This document shows positions 1-8,251 of a DNA stretch of 37,568 nucleotides, piece by piece. Positions within the stretch are counted from its first letter, which is position 1, and the number at the start of each line of letters is the position of its first letter. The stretch is from a virus. Lineage: Duplodnaviria; Caudoviricetes. The stretch covers positions 1 to 37,568 of IMG/VR virus record IMGVR_UViG_3300018031_000015. The stretch is one strand, 5' to 3'. The notes beneath the pieces were generated by a model that saw only the letters and a list, made by a program, of their open reading frames with translations, was not told the DNA's origin and searched no databases. A program made the position numbers and the translations under genes.

Positions 1-865
1 CGATCGCCAGATGCGCGTTCATGCCGAGCGGCGGCGAGACTTCGTATCGGCCTTCCTGGCGCCAGCTGGTGATGACGCTGGGATCGCTGCCGGTGAAGAT
101 AAGCAACTCGCCGAGGTCGGTCATGAACACGATCTTGTCGTCGATGCCGTCGCCGGCGTCGATCGACCAGGAGAAACACGAAAGCAATTTGCCGCCCTTG
201 GTCGCCGCACCCGATAGCGGGATCATCGCCAGCGCGCCGCCGACGGCGTTGAGCGGCAAATACCACGCGTTCATCGATCCGGTTTCGATGAAGAAGTAGC
301 GGTTGCGATACTTGCAGACGTAGCTCAAGCCCGCCGCCGGAATACCTGTAATCATTGACGGCTTGCCGGCAGGTGGCGTGTAGCCTGTCGACAGGGTTTC
401 CCAGGTCAGGCCACCGCCGGAGGACGGCCCATAACGTAGTGGCGGGTTGCCGGCGTCATTGACGACGATCATCCAGTCACCAGTGGCGTTAGCCAGTTGC
501 GAGGCGGCGTAGTTGCCCGATGTCTGCCCGCTCTTGATCAGCACCGGCGTGGTGGTGGTGACTTCGTACAGCTTGGTGGCGTTGCCCGCGAACATCTTTT
601 GAATGTTGCCGCTGGCGTACTGAAACGCCGAGATCACCGGCGTCGTCTCCGGCAGCGTACACCACACGATACAGCCGCCGCGCAGGCTGACGCCGCGCAT
701 GGTCGGCTTCCAGTTGTCGCAAACAACTGCACCACCCGGCTGCATATAGGCTTCGTTCTCGTTCTGGATGATGCCGCGCGTCGGCGCGGGGATGGTGATG
801 GTCTGCAGCTGCTGCGCCACCTGCTGCGGCACCGCAGCCCTGCGAAACGCCTCATGCTTGCTCAT
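1..865 (-). CDS. Tail/DNA-stabilisation (tail tubular B or P22 gp10-like) protein, truncated by window start
   Basis: Not in the ORF track. Read by hand from ATG at 865 (ATGA overlap with upstream stop): MSKHEAFRRAAVPQQVAQQLQTITIPAPTRG...YFFIETGSMNAWYLP...SWSIDAGDGIDDKIVFMTDLGELLIFTGSDP, open to position 1. Beta-rich and follows the adaptor gene. Confidence 0.7.
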   Translation of the reverse strand, partial: MSKHEAFRRAAVPQQVAQQLQTITIPAPTRGIIQNENEAYMQPGGAVVCDNWKPTMRGVSLRGGCIVWCTLPETTPVISAFQYASGNIQKMFAGNATKLYEVTTTTPVLIKSGQTSGNYAASQLANATGDWMIVVNDAGNPPLRYGPSSGGGLTWETLSTGYTPPAGKPSMITGIPAAGLSYVCKYRNRYFFIETGSMNAWYLPLNAVGGALAMIPLSGAATKGGKLLSCFSWSIDAGDGIDDKIVFMTDLGELLIFTGSDPSVITSWRQEGRYEVSPPLGMNAHLAI

Positions 866-1569
866 GTCGGTAACGCCCACGGATAGGCGACCCTGGCGCT
901 GGCCGAGATCGGCTGTCGCCCCAAAATGATCGGCGCCGGGCTGTCGTGGCCCATCGCCATCGTCAACGCGTCGCCGTAAGTGCCCATGTCCTCGGCGTAG
1001 GGCGAACCCTTCTGCGCCTTCCACTGCCAGATCATCGCCAGTTTTAATACCCGCTCGTCGAGCGTAAAGCTGTCGGTATCCGACATGAATTGATCGCCGC
1101 GGCCGCCGCTTGCGAGGTCGATGCAGTTTTTGTCGAGGTAGGAGAAGTAGGCCATCACCGACACGGTCATCACCGGCCAGACGTGGATCTTGCCGCCCAT
1201 GATGGTCCACTCACCCCAGGCGTTGTCGCTGGCGTTGGATGCGCGGCGATGCATCCACTCCTCGGTGTCTGGGATGAAGCGCATCGGCGTCTGCGTCGAG
1301 GTCGAGCGCCAGACGTTGCTGGTCAGCAGCATGCGCTTGAAGTTGGCCGGCAGGTTGAACGCCGTGGTGACGCCGTCGCCGCTCAGCGTTGCCAGCGTCC
1401 GCAGCTTGGTCCAGTCGCGGCTGTCGTAGGCGATGCGCTGCGCCATCTCGTTGGCGAGCGACAGCATCTCCTGCATGGTCCTGTTGCCGGTGAGGTTGGA
1501 GAACACCGACTGCGGCAAAGCTACGCCAACGGTCGAGCAGACGTCCTTGATCACCTGCAACAGAGCCAT
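862..1569 (-). CDS. Head-tail adaptor / tail tubular protein A-like
   Basis: 235 aa, MALLQVIKDVC N-terminal helix, position between capsid and tail stabilisation gene. Confidence 0.65.
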   Translation of the reverse strand: MALLQVIKDVCSTVGVALPQSVFSNLTGNRTMQEMLSLANEMAQRIAYDSRDWTKLRTLATLSGDGVTTAFNLPANFKRMLLTSNVWRSTSTQTPMRFIPDTEEWMHRRASNASDNAWGEWTIMGGKIHVWPVMTVSVMAYFSYLDKNCIDLASGGRGDQFMSDTDSFTLDERVLKLAMIWQWKAQKGSPYAEDMGTYGDALTMAMGHDSPAPIILGRQPISASARVAYPWALPT

Positions 1570-1570
1570 G

Positions 1571-2275
1571 TCACGCCGCCTTCGGGCTGCAGTCTTGCGC
1601 CATGCGGATCAGGACCGCTTTGTTCAACGTGCCGAGCGGCGCCTGGCCGGAGTTGGTCGCAATATACTCGCGCAGCTGCTCGGCGCTCATGTTTTTGAAC
1701 TCGGAGGCGGCCTGCGCTTCGCGCGATTTCTTCAGCACCAGGTCCTCCTCGAGGATGGCGTTGCGGGCTTTCAGCGCCTCGAGCTCGGCCTGCATCTGCA
1801 GGTTCGGCGCACCGCGCTTGCTTTCTTCGAGGTAGGCCTGGGCCGAGTTTTTCCATTCGCGGCCGCCTTGGCCGAGGTTCTTCAGCTCGGCGCCCTCGAT
1901 CGCCGCTAGCGCCTCGACGGTGTAGATGTTTTGCGCGCGCAGCTCGGCACGCTTGCCTTCACTGAGGAACGGCACCTGCGCTAAGGGCGTGCCGGACTTG
2001 GTCTGTTGCGCCTTGGCCTTGAATTGCTGGTACTGGTGCGAGAACCGCTCCGCGTAGGTCTGCTTGGTCTGCTCGCCGGTTTCGGGATCATTGATCCAAC
2101 GTGACACTTCGGTTGCCGGAAACACCTTGACGTCGCGCGAGCCAGGCGAGCGGATCTCACAATGCTCGACGTCGTCGAAGATCGGGCGGCCCTCGGCCAG
2201 GGTCTTGCCCGGGTTCTGCAGCGGGATCAATTTGAAAACAGCAACCAGTAAATCATCAGGGTCTTGTCGGGGCAT
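1571..2275 (-). CDS. Phage protein with helix-hairpin-helix-like segment and coiled coil
   Basis: 234 aa, strong SD (GGAGGGAAGG), segment VPFLSEGKRAELRAQNIYTVEALAA resembles HhH. Confidence 0.6.
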   Translation of the reverse strand: MPRQDPDDLLVAVFKLIPLQNPGKTLAEGRPIFDDVEHCEIRSPGSRDVKVFPATEVSRWINDPETGEQTKQTYAERFSHQYQQFKAKAQQTKSGTPLAQVPFLSEGKRAELRAQNIYTVEALAAIEGAELKNLGQGGREWKNSAQAYLEESKRGAPNLQMQAELEALKARNAILEEDLVLKKSREAQAASEFKNMSAEQLREYIATNSGQAPLGTLNKAVLIRMAQDCSPKAA

Positions 2276-2281
2276 AGGGGT

Positions 2282-2358
2282 CCTTCCCTCCTAGGTTGAA
2301 TTGGCCGGGGCCGCTTTCCGCGGAAGGAAGGCTTGGACCTACACGTCGGCGACCCCGG
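2282..2358 (-). promoter_or_regulatory. Structured intergenic RNA element downstream of capsid gene, with anti-SD
   Basis: Stem 2349-2358/2305-2314. Loop CCUUCCUUCC is complementary to downstream SD GGAGGGAAGG. Confidence 0.4.
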
Positions 2359-2382
2359 TTGGCTCGGCAGCTGGCAAAGACG

Positions 2383-3420
2383 TTAGGCTGCCGGGTTACT
2401 ATCGTAGAGGCGCCAGTTGAAAAGCGGATTGACCATCGTCAGCTCGCCCATCCAACCGATAAATTGCGCAATCGCGTCTTTGTCGATCGGCATCATCCCG
2501 TCACCGTCGAACAGTTTGTCGAAGTTGCGTTGCGGGTGATAGCGCATGCGGAGCGTATCGGTGTTGATGCCGAACGTTGTATTCGCCGGCATATTACTCC
2601 CGATGCCACCGTCGAGCACGATCTCGGCGCGCTTGCCGCCGCCGATGTATTCCAGCGCGCTGAAGCCGAGTTGGCCGAGCGAGGTGGAATTTTGCTGGCG
2701 TTGGATCGCGACCGTCGCAGCATCGTAAGCCGCGTAGTGTTCGGGGGACATGATCAACAGATCCGCGTAATCGCGCCCGCGGGACTGCTTCATCATGGCG
2801 TAGTTGAGCATCGGGCGGATGGTCGCGCTCGTCACCTGCGTGCCGAACGGCGCAAGCGTGACGGTGCCGGCGGTGCCGTGCGGGTCGAACGTGGTGGTGC
2901 GCCAGATCGTGGCGTTGGCACGATCGATGCCACCATAGACGCCGCTCGTCGTCGTCACCGGGATGGCGGTGGCGAGGCCCGTGATCTGCTTGTTGCCGTT
3001 GGCGGTGCCGTCGGAGTAGATGCCGGCGTCCATCGCGTCCTCGAGGGCACGCTCGGCGGCCGAGATGTAGCTCTCGAAGACGTCCATGATCTGGGCGTCG
3101 CCCTGGTTGTTAAGGATCTCCTGGTACGATAGCACCACTGGAACCACACACATTTTGGGATCCCAGAAGGCGTCATTGAATAAATCGATCGCCGGGTTCA
3201 GGAGCTGATCGTAGCCGGAGTACCACTGCGCGGATTGTTTTCCGATTTGCAGCGTCTCGCGGACCTTGGGGCCGGAATAGGTCTTCCAAAGACCCTTCCG
3301 CTTCATGACGGCCAGCAGCGCGTTGTTGTTGCTGACGAGATCTTGGTAGCCGCTCGAGCGATCCTCGAGCGCCATAGACAGCACCTGCTGGTAGGCAGCT
3401 GCGGATGTTACGTTGGGCAT
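2383..3420 (-). CDS. Major capsid protein
   Basis: 345 aa, follows the scaffold, SD GGAG, motifs YSDGTANGNKQITGLA and YGGIDRA typical of HK97-fold capsids of this phage type. Confidence 0.85.
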   Translation of the reverse strand: MPNVTSAAAYQQVLSMALEDRSSGYQDLVSNNNALLAVMKRKGLWKTYSGPKVRETLQIGKQSAQWYSGYDQLLNPAIDLFNDAFWDPKMCVVPVVLSYQEILNNQGDAQIMDVFESYISAAERALEDAMDAGIYSDGTANGNKQITGLATAIPVTTTSGVYGGIDRANATIWRTTTFDPHGTAGTVTLAPFGTQVTSATIRPMLNYAMMKQSRGRDYADLLIMSPEHYAAYDAATVAIQRQQNSTSLGQLGFSALEYIGGGKRAEIVLDGGIGSNMPANTTFGINTDTLRMRYHPQRNFDKLFDGDGMMPIDKDAIAQFIGWMGELTMVNPLFNWRLYDSNPAA

Positions 3421-3444
3421 AGGTTCTCCATCGGGGTTCAGACG

Positions 3445-4761
3445 TTACGACGCGGCGCCGTTGAAAGACCGGAAGGCCTTACTCACGGCGTCAGATACGG
3501 ATCCGCTCGGGGTCTTGGGTCGCCGCGATGCCGCGTTTGAGGCGGTCACATCGGAGGGGGCGCTGTAGATCGAACGATCGGTCGTGGTTCGGGTCTGAGC
3601 CGACGGGTTGCGGGTCTGAGCCGCCTGGGACGCCGGGCGAAGTAACTCCGCGCGGCGGTATGCACTCTCCAGATCAAAACCGAGGTTGATCTCGTTCTTG
3701 ATCAGGTCGCCAAGTTCATCGAAGCGCGGGTGCCGGCCGTCATCTGCGAAATGATCGATCTGCGACCGCGTGTACTGGAACTGGCGCTCAGTATGCAACT
3801 GTTGAAGGTGGCCTTTCAAGCCGTTAATTTCCTGGTGCAGGGCGCCAATTTGCTGAGATGCAGCGTTCTGGGCATTGCCCTGCTTCATCTGCTGGAGCTG
3901 TTCCGGCGACTGGCTCAGCACCGTGTAGGCGACGTCGCGCAGGTCCAGGCGCCGGCCGGTCTGAGGGTCCTGCAGGCCCATATTGTGCACGATCAGGTCG
4001 AGCCCGCCGAGGAGATCGGTGCGCAGCTTCTGCTCCATGCTGACGTAGTTGTTCAGCGCCCGATCGAGCGTGGTGCCTTGGGATTGCGCGAGCTGGTGGA
4101 ACTGGCGCAGCGGCTTAAAGGCCTCGTGGTCGGCGCGGTAGAAATTGTAGGCCCGGCCAAACTCCTCGTGCATGCGGTGGATCTCGCCGCGCACGCTCTC
4201 GGGTGCGGCCGCCCAGTCGCGCTTGGCGTGCTCGGCCATCCGCGGCGGCGGGTCGCGGAACGGGCTGTTCTCGGGAAGGGTACGAACCGGCCCGCCCGGC
4301 TGCCCGTCCGATCGTACCCCCGCCTGCTGATCGAAGTGCCCTTTACGGACCTCGCCCTGCTGCTCGTTAACCGGCTGGCGCGGCGCAAACTGGCCGCGAT
4401 CACTGCGCGGCTGTGGCTGGCCCTGGTCATCCGGCCGCTTCTTGAGGTTAAGCTTCGGCGTCTCCTCCGGCGGCTGGTTGTGGCCGGCCTTGGCCTCGGC
4501 CGGCTTCGGCTGCTCGCGCTGGGGCTTGGCCTCGGCCGCCTTGGGCTTGTTGGCGCGGTCGAAGGCGGCTTCGATCGCCTCGCGGCGGCTCGGCGTGCGC
4601 TTCTCGCCCTCCGGCACACTCGGCGCCTGGGGACCTAGCGGGTGCGGGGTGCTGCTGCGATCGGCATCAACAGGAACCTGAGACGGGGCATTTGTAGTAT
4701 GCGGTGTGGAGCTGGGCTGATTGGTGGGCACGTTGGAAGGCGTAATGGCGACGTCGGACAT
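3445..4761 (-). CDS. Capsid scaffolding protein
   Basis: 438 aa, disordered P/Q-rich N-terminus, RSDRGQFA motif, helical C-half, directly upstream of capsid. Confidence 0.7.
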   Translation of the reverse strand: MSDVAITPSNVPTNQPSSTPHTTNAPSQVPVDADRSSTPHPLGPQAPSVPEGEKRTPSRREAIEAAFDRANKPKAAEAKPQREQPKPAEAKAGHNQPPEETPKLNLKKRPDDQGQPQPRSDRGQFAPRQPVNEQQGEVRKGHFDQQAGVRSDGQPGGPVRTLPENSPFRDPPPRMAEHAKRDWAAAPESVRGEIHRMHEEFGRAYNFYRADHEAFKPLRQFHQLAQSQGTTLDRALNNYVSMEQKLRTDLLGGLDLIVHNMGLQDPQTGRRLDLRDVAYTVLSQSPEQLQQMKQGNAQNAASQQIGALHQEINGLKGHLQQLHTERQFQYTRSQIDHFADDGRHPRFDELGDLIKNEINLGFDLESAYRRAELLRPASQAAQTRNPSAQTRTTTDRSIYSAPSDVTASNAASRRPKTPSGSVSDAVSKAFRSFNGAAS

Positions 4762-4778
4762 GATGCTGTCTCCTTGAG

Positions 4779-5099
4779 TTATTGCGGACTGGCTGTCCGT
4801 ACTTTTTCGAGGGCGGTCTTGACCGCGGTGCGGCGCGCCTCGGCCGCGGCGCGAGTGCCCGAGGTCCGCACCCGTTTAGCCGTCAGCTTCTCTGTGCCGA
4901 CCTCGACCAGGCCGTTGGCTCGGCCTACCGCGCGGAAGGCGCTCTTGCTGTCATAGAACCGCCCATCGACCTGCTCGACCGGCGGCATCTGGTCGGAGAT
5001 GACGTGCGGCATCGGCAAATCGGAACGCAAATCCGCATGCGTATTTGCGCGCTTGACACGCCACTTTCCTGGCTCGACCTCGATCAACTCGACGGTCAT
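4779..5099 (-). CDS. Hypothetical phage protein
   Basis: 106 aa, ATGA-coupled in the head operon. Confidence 0.65.
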   Translation of the reverse strand: MTVELIEVEPGKWRVKRANTHADLRSDLPMPHVISDQMPPVEQVDGRFYDSKSAFRAVGRANGLVEVGTEKLTAKRVRTSGTRAAAEARRTAVKTALEKVRTASPQ

Positions 5100-5281
5100 G
5101 GCGGCGGCACCACAAAGGTCACGGGAAGGCCGTAGGCGGTCACCTTGGTGACCGCCCGGCCGTACTTGACTGTGCCGACCGCCACAGCTTCCGTGACGGG
5201 CAGGCCGAGCTTGGGTGTGGTTGCCGTGACATCGATCACCGGCAGGCCGCCGGAGGCGACCGTGATCACAGCGATAGCCAT
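5096..5281 (-). CDS. Small virion-associated protein with GLPV repeats
   Basis: Start re-called at ATG 5281 (MAIAVITVASGGLPV), GLPV occurs three times. Confidence 0.6.
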   Translation of the reverse strand: MAIAVITVASGGLPVIDVTATTPKLGLPVTEAVAVGTVKYGRAVTKVTAYGLPVTFVVPPP

Positions 5282-5282
5282 G

Positions 5283-5936
5283 CTACTTCCCCTTCTTGCT
5301 TCGCGTCGCGGGGGCCTCATTGAACGTGAAGTCAACCTCGTTCGACTGCTCCGGCCCGTTCTTGACCGAAACCTTCACGACATCTGGCCCGTGCCAGACG
5401 TCCATGTTGATGCCGGTCGACAGCTTGCCATCGGCAAACGTCGTCGGCTCGTCTTGCCCGGCAAACACGATCACACTGTCGGCGAAGAAATTCTCGCCGG
5501 TCACATACAGCGTGGTGCTGTCGTCGCCGATCGTGATCTCGGTCGGCGTGATCGAGCTGATCGACGGCTTGGGTACCTCGATACCCGCAGGCAGCGGCAG
5601 CGCCACCGTCTGCGGCTCGTTGATGCTGGCGGTGAAGGGGAAGGCTTGAGGCGTTGTCTCTTTGCCGGTGCGCGGGGCGGCGCTGATGCCGCCCTGCTCC
5701 ATACCGAGGCTGGCGGGGTCGACGATCGGCCCGGGAGGGTCGCCGCGCTTGCCGCTCGGGATGTGCGGGTTGACGTTGTCGCGCGTCAGCTGGCCAGGCC
5801 GGCCGCTGGGATCCTCCGGCCTGGTTTTTTCGAGGAACAGCGGATCTTCGCGTCGCATCTTCTCGACCGCAGCATCATCAGGCTGCGTATCCATCGGCTT
5901 GGTCTTGGCCGGGACTTCGTGTTCCTTGGTCGTCAT
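5283..5936 (-). CDS. IPT/TIG (Ig-like) domain protein
   Basis: Start at ATG 5936 with SD AAGGAG. C-terminal PSISSITP...LYVTGENF...VKVSVKNG..SNEVDFTF fits IPT/TIG. Confidence 0.75.
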   Translation of the reverse strand: MTTKEHEVPAKTKPMDTQPDDAAVEKMRREDPLFLEKTRPEDPSGRPGQLTRDNVNPHIPSGKRGDPPGPIVDPASLGMEQGGISAAPRTGKETTPQAFPFTASINEPQTVALPLPAGIEVPKPSISSITPTEITIGDDSTTLYVTGENFFADSVIVFAGQDEPTTFADGKLSTGINMDVWHGPDVVKVSVKNGPEQSNEVDFTFNEAPATRSKKGK

Positions 5937-5990
5937 GAACGCTCTCCTTGTGGGCGCGGCGGGATCGCCGTGCCACATCAACGCGCGAGG

Positions 5991-6728
5991 TCAGGTAAAC
6001 GTCCAGTTGACCGTCGCCGTCTCGATCGCGCCGCCGGTTACCACCTTGACCGGCAGCGTGCCGGCGGTGGCCTTCTTCGGCGCGGTGCAGGTCAGCGACG
6101 TCGCCGACACGAACGTGGTCGGATACGCAATGCCGTTCGACCAGATGACACTCTGCCGGTTGAAGCCAGTGCCGGTCGCCGTCAACAGCGTGGTGCCGGC
6201 ACCGGAGACGTTGCTGGCGCCGGATGCCGAGGTTAGCGTCGGCGCGGTCGTCGGCGACAAGGTCGAGGCGTGGCTGGCGTTGGGGCCGGCCGCGATCGAG
6301 GCCGCGGTTAGCGCAGGTCCAACGCCGACCATCTTGTTGGTGTCGAGTGTGCCGCCGCCAGGATAGCTATAGGTGATGTTGCCCGCCCCGGTCGACGACG
6401 TCTCGGTGCCGGCCGCCTCATGCGCCACACTGGTCGAGGCCGGGACAGCGCCTGCAGTCGCACCGGGATAGCTGCCCTCGGTGCCGCCGGCGGTCGCGCC
6501 GCTGCCGGAGGCGAGTGCTGCGGTATTGGTCGCAAACACCAGCGGGTTTCCCGCAGCACCATCGTCGAAGTAGGGCGGCGGGTTGGTGTCGAACTTGGTA
6601 TTGTCGAGCCAATCCGCGTAAGTCAGCTTGGTGAAGTTCGGCGGGTTCGGCGACGTCGCGCCGGTGAACGACATATTGGTCGGCGGCGTCGGGTTGGGCG
6701 TGGTCACGGTGATCGCGGATTGTGCCAT
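5991..6728 (-). CDS. IPT/TIG domain protein, probable capsid decoration
   Basis: 245 aa, T/G/A-rich, C-terminal PTLTS...TATGTGF...TTFVSATSLTCTAP...LPVKVVTGG. Confidence 0.75.
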   Translation of the reverse strand: MAQSAITVTTPNPTPPTNMSFTGATSPNPPNFTKLTYADWLDNTKFDTNPPPYFDDGAAGNPLVFATNTAALASGSGATAGGTEGSYPGATAGAVPASTSVAHEAAGTETSSTGAGNITYSYPGGGTLDTNKMVGVGPALTAASIAAGPNASHASTLSPTTAPTLTSASGASNVSGAGTTLLTATGTGFNRQSVIWSNGIAYPTTFVSATSLTCTAPKKATAGTLPVKVVTGGAIETATVNWTFT

Positions 6729-6740
6729 GAGGGTCTCCCT

Positions 6741-7991
6741 TTAGGGGTTGCGGTAGTAGTCCTGTGCGGCCAGTGCACCTATGCCTGCGGGAGCCGCACC
6801 CGCAATGCCGTACTTCTTCATGATGTCGACGATGGAGGGGTCGAACACGACGTAGTTGCTGGTGCGCGGTGCTTCTCTGAGCTGTGGAAACGTGGACGTC
6901 GCATTCATCCGCGACCCCTCGTCGAGATACTTGACGCCGGGGATGTCATGCTGCTGAAGAAATTGCGACGCCTCTGGTGGCTTCATCCGCGCCACCTCGG
7001 GGCTGGTCAACAGTTGCCACGCTTCCTTGCCAGTAGCTTGCGGGATGTCTTTCTGCATCTGCATGTAAGTGCGCCAGTCGGGATGATTTTGCATCATGCG
7101 TAGCTCAAGCGTGTCGTTGATAGCCTCCGCCTGATGCGGCAGCACTCGCTTGTCCCAGTCCAGCATCTGCGCCGGGTCGGCCTTGATGTTGACCTCGTAG
7201 GTGCGTGGGCCGACAGGCTTGTCGCTCTTCAATAGATCGACAGCCCCCTCAAACTGACGCGGGAAATTAGCCTTCCAATACCCTTCGCGATCCTTGTGCA
7301 GATACTCCAAAGCCCTCGCTCGGTCTGCGTTGCTGTTCTTGAGCGCGATCGTTGCTAGCGTCTCGGCGTCGTTACCCTTGAATTGCGGATGCTCGGTAAA
7401 TTGTCGCCAATACTGCCCGCCTTGCCCGCTCACTGCGGGGTTCTCGGCGAAGTACAGCCCGTGTCCATAGACCTGCGCGCCCTCGCCGGTGCCGATCTTC
7501 GACAGGTCGAACTTGTCGAAGTCGTGCGGGCTGGAGTGATAGGCCTTTATGCCCTTCAACAGCTTACTTCCTGCACCAGCTTCAACCTCACTGGGATCAA
7601 GTACCGTACCTAGCGCGCCCGCTGCAATCTTATAGCCGATACGACCCGGTCCCGTCGCCAGCATTAGCCCGACGTCGGTTAAATCCTGTGGCACTACTGC
7701 GGTCATGGCGAGGTTGCCCATCACGTCCGCGGCGCGGTTGGCGGTGGGGTTGCCCTGCCAGCTGGGGCCGCTGGGTATCGCAGGCGCGCCGACGTCGGGT
7801 AGCTCTTTCGGCGGCTTGTAGGCCGGCCAGGAGCCGACCAACGGCTCTGGCGTGCGCGGCATCACATCGGCCTGTGCCGCCCATAATGGCAGCGCGGTGC
7901 GCGGGTCGACGGCTGCGGGTGGCACGCCGATCGGCACGCCGAGATCGCTGTAGCCGTAGTCGGAATTGGCGAGATCACCGAGACGCGGCAT
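6741..7991 (-). CDS. ADP-ribosyltransferase-like (ART-PolyVal type) protein
   Basis: Start at ATG 7991 (TGATG overlap). Motifs AYHSSPHDFDKFDLSKIGTGEGAQVYGHGLYFAE, YEVNI, IPGVKYLD and NYVVFD match the ART domains of phage polyvalent proteins. Confidence 0.7.
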   Translation of the reverse strand: MPRLGDLANSDYGYSDLGVPIGVPPAAVDPRTALPLWAAQADVMPRTPEPLVGSWPAYKPPKELPDVGAPAIPSGPSWQGNPTANRAADVMGNLAMTAVVPQDLTDVGLMLATGPGRIGYKIAAGALGTVLDPSEVEAGAGSKLLKGIKAYHSSPHDFDKFDLSKIGTGEGAQVYGHGLYFAENPAVSGQGGQYWRQFTEHPQFKGNDAETLATIALKNSNADRARALEYLHKDREGYWKANFPRQFEGAVDLLKSDKPVGPRTYEVNIKADPAQMLDWDKRVLPHQAEAINDTLELRMMQNHPDWRTYMQMQKDIPQATGKEAWQLLTSPEVARMKPPEASQFLQQHDIPGVKYLDEGSRMNATSTFPQLREAPRTSNYVVFDPSIVDIMKKYGIAGAAPAGIGALAAQDYYRNP

Positions 7992-8251
7992 CAGAATGAC
8001 CTCCGGTAATAGAGCATCGCCTTCCACTCCGCCGGCGACATCGGCTCGCGGCGCTGGTAGCTGCCACGCGCCTCGAGATCGCCGTAGCCGTAACCGGCCT
8101 CGAATGCCGGCCGGCCGACGCCGCGGTTCTCGATAGAGATCTCAGGCAGGCGCAGGTCGGCACCCGTCGGCTCGCGCGCTGGCGCAGGCGCATAGGCACT
8201 GACATCGAACAGATTGCCCATCGCCTCCTCCCAGCGCGTTTTGTCAGCCAT
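7991..8251 (-). CDS. Small protein with amphipathic beta-strands and C-terminal Phe
   Basis: 86 aa, TGATG-coupled on both sides, ends EWKAMLYYRRSF. Confidence 0.6.
   Translation of the reverse strand: MADKTRWEEAMGNLFDVSAYAPAPAREPTGADLRLPEISIENRGVGRPAFEAGYGYGDLEARGSYQRREPMSPAEWKAMLYYRRSF

Noticed and set aside
2383-2420. Programmed frameshift extending the capsid protein
   Set aside because: No slippery sequence seen near the stop, and the Ig-like genes are upstream with their own starts
3589-3624. CGGGTCTGAGCCG direct repeat
   Set aside because: Encodes repeated AQTR in the scaffold tail, a protein-level repeat
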